A DNA stretch of 17,541 nucleotides from Lysobacterales bacterium (GTDB lineage: Bacteria; Pseudomonadota; Gammaproteobacteria; Steroidobacterales; Steroidobacteraceae): assembly GCA_040255535.1 (NCBI GenBank), contig JBDZVE010000077.1, forward strand, positions 1-17,541, read 5' to 3'. The notes below the pieces were generated by a model that did no database searches, was not told the origin of the DNA, and worked only from the letters and a program-made list of their open reading frames with translations. The translations under genes were made by a program, and so were the position numbers. Position 1 is the first letter of the stretch; each line of letters opens with the position of its first letter. This document shows, piece after piece, positions 7,548-14,615 of this stretch.

Positions 7548-8405
7548 ATGCCCTCTTTGATCCACAAGCCGACGCGCAAAGTTGTCCTGCTCGCTGCCGG
7601 TGCATTCGGACTCGTCGTGCTCGGCGCGATCGGAGCATTCGTCGTTCTATTGTCCGGTGCATATAGCACTGCGGCGACGACGCAGCACTTCAAGATCACG
7701 CATCGTCTGCTCGATGCCGGCCTCAAATTTTCGGTTCGCTCGTACGCAAACGGGATCGAGGTGCCCGATCTCAGTCGCGCCGGCATGCTCGAGCGCGGCA
7801 TCGCCTGTTATCGCACTCACTGCGTTCAGTGCCACGGAGCGCCCGGCATCGCGCGTCATGCGGAGGGGCGCGGCATGTTGCCCATTGCGAGCGACTTGGC
7901 GCAGTCCGCGCGCGAGTGGCCGCCCGAATGGCTCTACTACGTGACGCGCAAAGGCGTGCGCATGTCAGGCATGCCCGCGTGGGAATTCCGTATCTCCAAT
8001 GAAGATCTTTGGTCGACGATCGCCTTCCTGACGCAACTGCCTTTCATGACGCATCGAGACTATGTCGAGCTCGATGCGCGCAGCAGGGATCTTTCGTGCA
8101 GAGCCCCGACGGAAGTACCGCGGGAGAGGTCGCCCGAGTACGCGAAAGTCGTGTTTCGTCAGTATGCCTGCCATAGCTGTCATCGCATCGAAGGTGTCGT
8201 CGGGCCGAAGAGCCGAGTCGGCCCGGCGCTCGTCGATTGGTCACGGCGCAAGTACGTGGCCGGCGTGCTGCCGAATAACGAGGAGAACCTCGTTCGCTTC
8301 ATCCGCGATCCGCAGGCGGTGAGTCCGCACTCGCTGATGCCGAAGCTCGACGTTGCCGAAGTGCACGCGCGTGAGATGGCGCGCTATCTGATGGCCTTGG
8401 AGTGA
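7548..8405 (+). CDS. Membrane-anchored dihaem c-type cytochrome
   Basis: 285-aa ORF. ATG 7548 is preceded by GGGGGA. N-terminal TM helix (VVLLAAGAFGLVVLGAIGAFVVLL). Two CxxCH sites: CVQCH (7821-7835) and CHSCH (8169-8183), with distal Met motifs SGMPAW and SLMPKL. Confidence 0.85.
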   Translation: MPSLIHKPTRKVVLLAAGAFGLVVLGAIGAFVVLLSGAYSTAATTQHFKITHRLLDAGLKFSVRSYANGIEVPDLSRAGMLERGIACYRTHCVQCHGAPGIARHAEGRGMLPIASDLAQSAREWPPEWLYYVTRKGVRMSGMPAWEFRISNEDLWSTIAFLTQLPFMTHRDYVELDARSRDLSCRAPTEVPRERSPEYAKVVFRQYACHSCHRIEGVVGPKSRVGPALVDWSRRKYVAGVLPNNEENLVRFIRDPQAVSPHSLMPKLDVAEVHAREMARYLMALE

Positions 8406-8773
8406 TCGTGAGCGCGCGCCCGATGTTGCCGATCGCTGCCGTTTTGCTCTTGGGCTGTACGCATGAGAGCGGCTATGAGCCAAACGTGCCGGGCGGGAAC
8501 GCTGAGCGTGGACGGCGCGCGATTGCCGCGCTCGAGTGCGGCGTGTGCCACGAAATTCCTGGCGTACCCGGCGCCTGGGGTCACGTCGGCCCGCCGCTCG
8601 TCGCGTACCGCGGGAATGTCTACATTGCCGGTAAGCAGCCGAACCGGCCCGATGTGCTCATGCGGTTCGTTCGCGACGCGCCCTCGCTCGCACCCGATAC
8701 CGCGATGCCCGCGATCGCCATGAGCGAGACGCAGGCGCGAGACATCGCTGCGTATCTGTACTCCCTCGAATGA
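8402..8773 (+). CDS. Monohaem c-type cytochrome, probable lipoprotein
   Basis: 123-aa ORF. GTG 8402 overlaps the upstream TGA (GTGA). Lipobox LLLGC. CGVCH at 8537-8551, distal Met in TAMPAI. Paralogous to the C-terminal domain of the preceding gene. Confidence 0.8.
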   Translation: MIVSARPMLPIAAVLLLGCTHESGYEPNVPGGNAERGRRAIAALECGVCHEIPGVPGAWGHVGPPLVAYRGNVYIAGKQPNRPDVLMRFVRDAPSLAPDTAMPAIAMSETQARDIAAYLYSLE

Positions 8774-9777
8774 ACGAAGAGCACCTGCAGTCCGTGCTGC
8801 ACGCCGCGCCGGGCAGCGGTGCCGAGCTCTTGTCCGGGCTCGGCATCGTGCTGTACGTCGGCGCCGCATTGATCTTCGTCGCGGTCATCGCGCTCGTTCT
8901 GCACGCGACCTTCACCGATCGATTGCGCGCGAGCACGCGCGCGTGGGTCGTCGGCGGCGGCATCGTGTTTCCGGCCGTCGCGCTGTTTCTGCTGCTCAAC
9001 TATTCGATCGCAGTCGGCAGCGCGGTTTCCGCGATCGAAAGCGGCTCGGCGCTGCGCTTGCTGCTCGACTGCTTCCGCATCGACTCGAAGGCGCGCATTC
9101 CGCCGCCGGCGCCGGGTTCGCTGCGTATTCATGTCGACGGCAAGCAATGGTGGTGGGATGTGCGCTACGAGGTGAGAAGCGGCGACACGAGCTCGATCGT
9201 GCTCGCCAACGAGTTGCGCGTGCCGCTCGATGAACCGGTCGAGCTCTTGCTTACGACCTCGGACGTGATTCACAGCTTCTGGGTGCCGTCGCTTGCGGGC
9301 AAGGTCGACATGATCCCGGGACGCACCAATCGACTCGTGATTCGCACGAGCGAGCCCGGCATCTATCGGGGTCAATGCGCGGAATATTGCGGCGGTCAAC
9401 ACGCGCTGATGGCGCTCTACGTGATCGCGCAGCCGCGCGAAGAGTTCGAGGCTTGGCTCACGCGACAAGCACAGCCCGCCGAGGCGCCTCGGGACGACCT
9501 GCTTCGAAGCGGCTACGACGCGTTCTTCAAAGGCCGCTGTCCTGAGTGTCACACGGTGCGAGGCACGCCGGCAGATGGCGCGAGCGGGCCCGATCTCACG
9601 CACGTCGGCGCTCGTCATGCGCTTGCCGCAGGCACGCTGCGCAATCACATCGGAACGATGGCGGGTTGGATCGCCGGCGCGCAGGACATCAAACCCGGCA
9701 ATCCGATGCCGGACAGCGAGGTGTACACGGGACGCGAGTTGCGTGCGCTCTCCGCATGGTTGGAGAGTCTCGAGTGA
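8770..9777 (+). CDS. coxB: Cytochrome c oxidase subunit II fused to a C-terminal cytochrome c domain (caa3-type subunit IIc architecture)
   Basis: 335-aa ORF. ATG 8770 overlaps the upstream stop (ATGA). Two N-terminal TM helices. Cupredoxin/CuA motifs HSFWVPSLAGKVDMIPGRTN and CAEYCGGQHALM (9376-9411). C-terminal CPECH (9538-9552) with NPMP. Confidence 0.92.
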   Translation: MNEEHLQSVLHAAPGSGAELLSGLGIVLYVGAALIFVAVIALVLHATFTDRLRASTRAWVVGGGIVFPAVALFLLLNYSIAVGSAVSAIESGSALRLLLDCFRIDSKARIPPPAPGSLRIHVDGKQWWWDVRYEVRSGDTSSIVLANELRVPLDEPVELLLTTSDVIHSFWVPSLAGKVDMIPGRTNRLVIRTSEPGIYRGQCAEYCGGQHALMALYVIAQPREEFEAWLTRQAQPAEAPRDDLLRSGYDAFFKGRCPECHTVRGTPADGASGPDLTHVGARHALAAGTLRNHIGTMAGWIAGAQDIKPGNPMPDSEVYTGRELRALSAWLESLE

Positions 9778-12296
9778 GTGCCGTCGATTCCGCTCGAGCG
9801 CTGCCGAATCCGCTGCCGCGACCGCCCGACGAGCTGGAACGGCTCCAGCACGTATGGAAGCCGCCGAAGGGTTGGCGACTGCTATCGGCGGTCAACAACA
9901 CGTACATCGGTCTGTTCTATACGGGTGCCGCGCTCTTGTTTCTCGTGCTCGGCGGCATCCTGGCGCTCTTGATGCGCACGCAGCTCGCGGTGCCCGAAAA
10001 CGATCTCGTCGACTACGATCTTTACAATCAGCTCTTCACGATGCACGGCTCGGTGATGATGTTCTTGTTCGCCGTGCCCGTGATCGAAGCGATCGGCATC
10101 CTGCTATTGCCCGCGATGCTCGGTGCCCGCGATCTGCCGTTCCCGCGGCTGTCGGCCTATGCGTTCTGGGCGTACTTCGCCGGCGGCATCGTTTTTTTCG
10201 GGACGATCTTCTTCGACGTCGCGCCCGATGGCGGCTGGTTCATGTATCCGCCGCTCACGAGCTTCAAGTTCTCGCCCGGTTTGCGCTCCGATTTTTGGCT
10301 CCTCGGCATCGGCTTCATCGAGATTTCCGCGATTGCGGGCGCCATCGAGATCGTCGTCGGCATCCTGCGGACCCGTCCGCCGGGCATGACGCTCGACAAG
10401 ATGCCCGTGTACGTCTGGGCGATGCTGATCGTCGGCGGCATGATCATCTTCGGCTTTCCGCCCGTGATTCTCGCGACCGCGCTCCTCGAGCTCGAGCGCG
10501 CGTTTCACTGGCCGTTCTTCGTCGCTGAGCAGGGCGGCGATTCGCTTCTCTGGCAGCACCTGTTCTGGCTGTTCGGGCATCCGGATGTCTACATCATCTT
10601 CCTGCCGGGCGCCGGCCTCGTCTCGATGATCGTTCCGGCGATGGCCCGCACTCCGCTCGTCGGCTACAAATGGGTCGTGCTCGCGATCGTCGTGACGGGA
10701 TTCATCTCGTTCGCGCTCTGGGTGCATCACATGTTCGCGACCGGGATGCCGCACCTCACGACGAGTTTTTTTTCCGCGGCGAGCATGGCGGTCGCGATTC
10801 CCGCCGGCATTCAAGTATTCGCATGGCTCGCGACATTGCGACGCGGCCGCGTGCAGCTTGCCACGCCGACGTGGTTCATCTTGGGCTTCTTCGGTATTTT
10901 CGTGCTCGGCGGCCTCACTGGCGTGATGCTCGCCGTCGCACCGTACGATTGGCAGGTTCACGACACGTATTTCGTCGTTGCGCATCTGCACTATGTCGTG
11001 ATCGGCGGAATGGTCTTCCCGGTCTTCGCCGGCATCTACTATTGGGCGCCCTTCGTGAGCGGCAAGCCGCTCTCCGAGCGGATGGGGAAGTGGGCGTGCG
11101 CGCTGATGTTCGGCGGCTTCAACCTTGCGTTCTTTCCGATGCACATCTCCGGGTTGCTCGGGATGCCGCGACGCGTATGGACGTACTCCGATACGCTCGG
11201 CTGGGACACTTGGAACATGCTGTCTACGGTCGGTGCATTCGTGCTCGCGCTCGGGTTCGCGATCGCGCTGCTCGATCTGCTCTTGCATCTGCGGCCGGCG
11301 GGTAAGGTCGACACCAATCCCTGGCAGGCGGGCACGCTCGAATGGCTGCCGCTCGATGACTATGGCGTGCGCAGCATTCCGCACGTCGAGAGTCGAGAGC
11401 CGCTCTGGGATCAATCGCAGCTTCGTGAAGAGGTGGACAGCGGGCGGCACTATCTTCCCGGCACATTGACGGGCGAGCGCGAGACGATCGTAACGAGCGC
11501 GATCGACGCACGCCCCGAATACCTGTTGAGGCTTCCGGGGCCGAGCTGGCTGCCCGTGTTCGCGGGCCTCGGCACGGCCGCGTTCTTTCTATGCCTCACG
11601 GTGAAGCTGTTCATCCCGTCCATGATCGGCGCCGTCGTCGCGCTCGTCAGCATCTTCAAATGGCTGTGGCAAAGCGAGCCTGCGTCGACGAATCGACTCT
11701 ATGACATCGGTAGCGGCGTCGAGCTGCGCGATCACATGACGGGACGCCGTTCGCACTCCTGGTGGGCGATGGTCGTCCTGATGCTCGTCGACGGCACGAT
11801 CTTCTCGTGCCTCGTGTTTGCCTATTTCTATTTCTGGACCGTCTCGACCAAGTGGCCGCCGCCTCCTTTCGACTTGCCTGACGGTGCGACTTCGATTGCG
11901 GCGGCGATTGCCTGGAGCGCGAGCGCCGCCGTGCTGGCTGTCGCGCATCGATGGCTGCGCGCCGGCGTACGCCGTGGCGCGCTGATCGCATCGCTCGTCG
12001 GCGCGGCCATGCTCGCGTGGATGGGCTTCGCGCTCAATTTCATGACGCTATCGGACGCGAACGTTCGACCGGATCAACATGCCTATGGTGCAGTGATCTA
12101 CACCATGCTTGCCTGGCAGGGACTGCACGTCGCGTTGATTACGCTGATGGGCGGGTACACGATCGCTCGCGTGCTCGCCGGCATGGTCGACGATACGCGC
12201 CGCAATACCTTCGACAATACGCGGCTCATGTCGTACTACACGGCCGCGCAGGGTCTCGCGGCGTTGTTCGTCATGCACTCGCCGAGCGTGTTCTAG
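9774..12296 (+). CDS. coxA: Haem-copper oxidase (A-family) subunit I fused to a five-helix subunit III-like module
   Basis: GTG 9774 overlaps the coxB stop (GTGA); the track ORF from 9546 is an out-of-gene extension. Subunit I motifs: YNQLFTMHGSVMMF, WLFGHPDVYIIFLPG (His269, Tyr273), WVHHMF (His318/319), HDTYFVVAHLHYVV, GMPRR. The C-terminal roughly 200 aa has SU III-like helices including AWQGLHVALITLMGG. Confidence 0.92.
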   Translation: MSAVDSARALPNPLPRPPDELERLQHVWKPPKGWRLLSAVNNTYIGLFYTGAALLFLVLGGILALLMRTQLAVPENDLVDYDLYNQLFTMHGSVMMFLFAVPVIEAIGILLLPAMLGARDLPFPRLSAYAFWAYFAGGIVFFGTIFFDVAPDGGWFMYPPLTSFKFSPGLRSDFWLLGIGFIEISAIAGAIEIVVGILRTRPPGMTLDKMPVYVWAMLIVGGMIIFGFPPVILATALLELERAFHWPFFVAEQGGDSLLWQHLFWLFGHPDVYIIFLPGAGLVSMIVPAMARTPLVGYKWVVLAIVVTGFISFALWVHHMFATGMPHLTTSFFSAASMAVAIPAGIQVFAWLATLRRGRVQLATPTWFILGFFGIFVLGGLTGVMLAVAPYDWQVHDTYFVVAHLHYVVIGGMVFPVFAGIYYWAPFVSGKPLSERMGKWACALMFGGFNLAFFPMHISGLLGMPRRVWTYSDTLGWDTWNMLSTVGAFVLALGFAIALLDLLLHLRPAGKVDTNPWQAGTLEWLPLDDYGVRSIPHVESREPLWDQSQLREEVDSGRHYLPGTLTGERETIVTSAIDARPEYLLRLPGPSWLPVFAGLGTAAFFLCLTVKLFIPSMIGAVVALVSIFKWLWQSEPASTNRLYDIGSGVELRDHMTGRRSHSWWAMVVLMLVDGTIFSCLVFAYFYFWTVSTKWPPPPFDLPDGATSIAAAIAWSASAAVLAVAHRWLRAGVRRGALIASLVGAAMLAWMGFALNFMTLSDANVRPDQHAYGAVIYTMLAWQGLHVALITLMGGYTIARVLAGMVDDTRRNTFDNTRLMSYYTAAQGLAALFVMHSPSVF

Positions 12297-12307
12297 GTGT
12301 GCTTTCC

Positions 12308-12691
12308 ATGAGCATTCAAGCGCGGCACGAAGGTCGACGATTCACGCCGACGGCACTTTTCATCTGCGGCGGCATTCTCATCTGGGCGAGCGATTTCCTG
12401 GCCGTGTACGTGATCGCGGCGCTCGCATGTGCAAAAGGATGGGCCGCGCTCACGATCGCGGGCATGCCGATCGTCGCCTTCATCGGAACGATTCTGACGA
12501 TAGCGGCATGCGCCGGCACGGCTGCAATCCTGCGCATCGGCTTGAAGCGCTTGCAGGCAAACGGGCGGCTCGATGCATCGATGCGTTTCATCTATTTCCT
12601 ATCTGCTGCCATCGGCATGCTCGCGTTGATTGCCATTCTATTCAATGCGCTGCCCGCCTGGTTCCTCGCGACGGAATGTCTGCCTTATTGA
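12308..12691 (+). CDS. Small 3-TM membrane protein, last gene of the oxidase operon (candidate accessory or subunit IV-like protein)
   Basis: In-frame ATG 12308 (alternative GTG 12299), 12 nt after the subunit I/III stop. 127 aa with three hydrophobic segments (LFICGGILIWASDFLAVYVIAALA, PIVAFIGTILTIAACAGTAAIL, FIYFLSAAIGMLALIAILF). No family recognised. Confidence 0.55.
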   Translation: MSIQARHEGRRFTPTALFICGGILIWASDFLAVYVIAALACAKGWAALTIAGMPIVAFIGTILTIAACAGTAAILRIGLKRLQANGRLDASMRFIYFLSAAIGMLALIAILFNALPAWFLATECLPY

Positions 12692-12829
12692 TTTCCGCTG
12701 CGTCGCCGCGACGATCCATCGGAAGAGATGACGTGGTCCTGCAGGGCGAGCTATTGGCGAAGTCCGATAACATTGATACGGTTGCGTGCCTCTGGCGCGC
12801 TCGTATTCGACATGGATTCGGAGGTGTAG

Positions 12830-13942
12830 ATGTTCGATTTCGAAGAAATGACTTCGGGGCCGCTCCTACGGAACTCGCCGCTGCAGTGGCTCACCGCCGT
12901 GATCGTCGCGATCCTGGTGTATGTCGCACTCGTTGCCGCCCGCCGCCTCGTGCGCCGCTACCACGAGCGCATGAAAGCGACGCCGCGCGAAGAGTTTCTC
13001 GAAATCCCGCTCGGCGTTCTGAGCCGCACCACGTCGATATCGTTCGTCATTTGGGCGCTCTACGCCGGTTTCCAAACGCTGACGTACGGCCCGAGGCTCG
13101 GGCAGGTCGCGAACTCGATCATCACGATCTCGCTCTTCTGGCAGGCCGGGATCTGGGGCGTTGCAGCCGTAGGCGCGTGGATCGATCGCAAGCGCCGACG
13201 CAGCATGGAAGTCGATCGCGCGATGGTCGGATCGCTCGGCATCATCGGCTTCATCGTCAACGTCGTGATCTGGTCGATGGTGCTGCTGCTGACGCTGGAC
13301 AATCTCGGCGTCGACATTACCGCGCTCATTGCAGGCCTCGGGATCGGCGGTATCGCAGTCGCGCTGGCGGTTCAGAACATCCTTGGGGACTTGTTCGCAT
13401 CGCTCTCGATCACGCTCGATCGACCGTTCGTCGTCGGCGACTTCTTGATCGTCGGGGAGTTTCTCGGCTCCGTGGAATACATCGGCATCAAGAGTACGCG
13501 CCTGCGCTCCTTGAGCGGCGAGCAGATCATCATGTCGAATGCCGACCTGCTCGGCAGCCGCGTTCGCAATTACGGCCGCATGGCCGAACGGCGCGTCGTG
13601 TTCACGAACAGCTTTCCGTACGAGACGCCGATCGACAAGATCGAGCGCATCCCGAGTGTCATCAAACAGATCATCGAGTCCGAGCCGGACACGCGGTTCG
13701 ATCGCAGTCATTTCGTCCGGCATGGCGCGACAGCGTTCGAGTTCGAGACCGTGTATTACGTGCTGGCGCCGGATTACAACAAATTCGCGGACACTCAGCA
13801 GGCAATCAATCTGCGGCTCCACCGCGAGATGGAGAAGATGGGCGTGAAGTTCGCGATTCCGGTGCAGCGCTTGCTAATTGAAGAGCTCAGGCGGGCGGCG
13901 GAGCAGGGCAGCTCGGCGGAAACCTCCCGCGAAAGTACCTAG
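12830..13942 (+). CDS. Mechanosensitive ion channel family protein (MscS family)
   Basis: 370-aa ORF. ATG 12830 is preceded by GGAGG (12819-12823). N-terminal TM helices. Hallmark pore/beta-domain region GIGGIAVALAVQNILGDLFASLSITLDRPFVVGDFLIVGEFLGSVEYIGIKSTRLRSLSGEQIIMSNADL. Confidence 0.9.
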   Translation: MFDFEEMTSGPLLRNSPLQWLTAVIVAILVYVALVAARRLVRRYHERMKATPREEFLEIPLGVLSRTTSISFVIWALYAGFQTLTYGPRLGQVANSIITISLFWQAGIWGVAAVGAWIDRKRRRSMEVDRAMVGSLGIIGFIVNVVIWSMVLLLTLDNLGVDITALIAGLGIGGIAVALAVQNILGDLFASLSITLDRPFVVGDFLIVGEFLGSVEYIGIKSTRLRSLSGEQIIMSNADLLGSRVRNYGRMAERRVVFTNSFPYETPIDKIERIPSVIKQIIESEPDTRFDRSHFVRHGATAFEFETVYYVLAPDYNKFADTQQAINLRLHREMEKMGVKFAIPVQRLLIEELRRAAEQGSSAETSREST

Positions 13943-13995
13943 AATGTGTAAAAGTGAATAAGAGGAAGTCACTGTCGACTCCGGCTTGAAAGGGA

Positions 13996-14023
13996 TGTGT
14001 GCGCGGCCTGACAATTGCACACA
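13996..14023. promoter_or_regulatory. Inverted repeat TGTGTGC-N14-GCACACA upstream of azurin; candidate operator overlapping a possible promoter
   Basis: Arms at 13996-14002 and 14017-14023 are exact reverse complements. They flank a possible sigma70-like promoter, TTGAAA (13986-13991)-N18-GACAAT (14010-14015). The promoter call is weak. Confidence 0.25.
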
Positions 14024-14035
14024 ATGGTTTGTCCT

Positions 14036-14060
14036 GCCGGTATCGACCGGTTTTGTTGTT
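14036..14060 (+). terminator. Short hairpin plus T-tract: mscS-family gene terminator or azurin leader attenuator
   Basis: (G)CCGGT (14036-14041) / ACCGG(T) (14046-14051), loop ATCG, followed by TTTTGTTGTT. It lies 94 nt after the MscS stop and only about 22 nt before the azurin ATG. The stem is short (5-6 bp). Confidence 0.35.
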
Positions 14061-14082
14061 CCTACACATAGATGGGTGATCG

Positions 14083-14544
14083 ATGGCTAAATCCAAACTG
14101 TTGAGCATCATTACGCTCGCCGCTGCACTGGGTGCATTCAGCTCATTCGCTTCCGCGAAAACGTGCAGCGTTGAAATCACGGGCAACGATCAGATGCAGT
14201 ACGACAAGACGAGCATTGCGATTGCTGCGGACTGCACCGAGGTCGAGCTCACGTTGAAGCACGTCGGAAAGCTTCCAGTGACTGCGATGGGTCACAACTG
14301 GGTGCTGGCGAAGACCGCGGATTTTCAAGCGATTGCATCGGCGGGCGCTTCCGCAGGCCCGGCGAATAACTATGTGCCGAAGGGCGATGCGCGCGTGATC
14401 GCCTCGACGAAGCTCGTGGGCGGCGGCGAATCGACGACGATCAAGTTCCCGACCTCGAAGCTGCAGAAGGGCGGCGACTACACCTTCTTCTGCTCTTTCC
14501 CCGGCCACTGGTCGCTGATGAAAGGCAAGCTCACTTTTGGCTGA
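14083..14544 (+). CDS. azu: Azurin (type 1 blue copper protein) precursor
   Basis: 153-aa ORF with signal peptide MAKSKLLSIITLAAALGAFSSFASA. The mature sequence aligns by eye along its length to Pseudomonas azurin: CSVEITGNDQMQY, disulfide Cys pair, MGHNWVL (Gly/His ligands), FFCSFPGHWSLMKG (Cys, His, Met ligands). Confidence 0.95.
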   Translation: MAKSKLLSIITLAAALGAFSSFASAKTCSVEITGNDQMQYDKTSIAIAADCTEVELTLKHVGKLPVTAMGHNWVLAKTADFQAIASAGASAGPANNYVPKGDARVIASTKLVGGGESTTIKFPTSKLQKGGDYTFFCSFPGHWSLMKGKLTFG

Positions 14545-14554
14545 TAGTTTGTCT

Positions 14555-14584
14555 CGGAGTAGTCGGCGAACGCCGGCTACTCTG
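14555..14584. terminator. Hairpin between convergent azurin and otsA (possible bidirectional terminator; no U-tract)
   Basis: GAGTAGTCGGCG (14557-14568) pairs with CGCCGGCTACTC (14571-14582) with one G-U wobble; flanking CG/TG extend the stem. It is located 10 nt after the azurin stop and 31 nt beyond the otsA stop. Confidence 0.4.
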
Positions 14585-14615
14585 GCGATCGCCTATTGCC
14601 TGCAGCCAACAACCT

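Noticed and set aside
6984-7565. 193-aa minus-strand ORF spanning the PGPGW gene and the oxidase promoter region
   Set aside because: Ser/Arg-rich with no hydrophobic or domain features. The alternative frame (7048-7371) encodes a protein with the characteristic PGPGW membrane pattern.
8620-9648. 342-aa minus-strand ORF across the cytochrome c and coxB genes; similar ORFs at 10104-11450 (-), 12427-13881 (+), 12866-13822 (-) and 14856-15620 (+)
   Set aside because: All are Arg/Asp/His-rich shadow frames overlapping well-supported genes, with no motifs, signal peptides or sensible starts.
9546-9773. N-terminal extension of the track's 916-aa subunit I ORF
   Set aside because: The extension lies entirely inside the coxB coding sequence in another frame and translates to Arg-rich nonsense. 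GTG 9774 overlaps the coxB stop, and the conserved subunit I sequence begins shortly after it.
9774-12296. Reinterpreting the atypical subunit I as a nitric oxide reductase-type haem-copper enzyme
   Set aside because: The His-Pro-x-Val-Tyr cross-link motif, all three CuB His residues and a CuA-containing subunit II are intact. These features argue for an O2 reductase. I flag only the proton-pathway substitutions.
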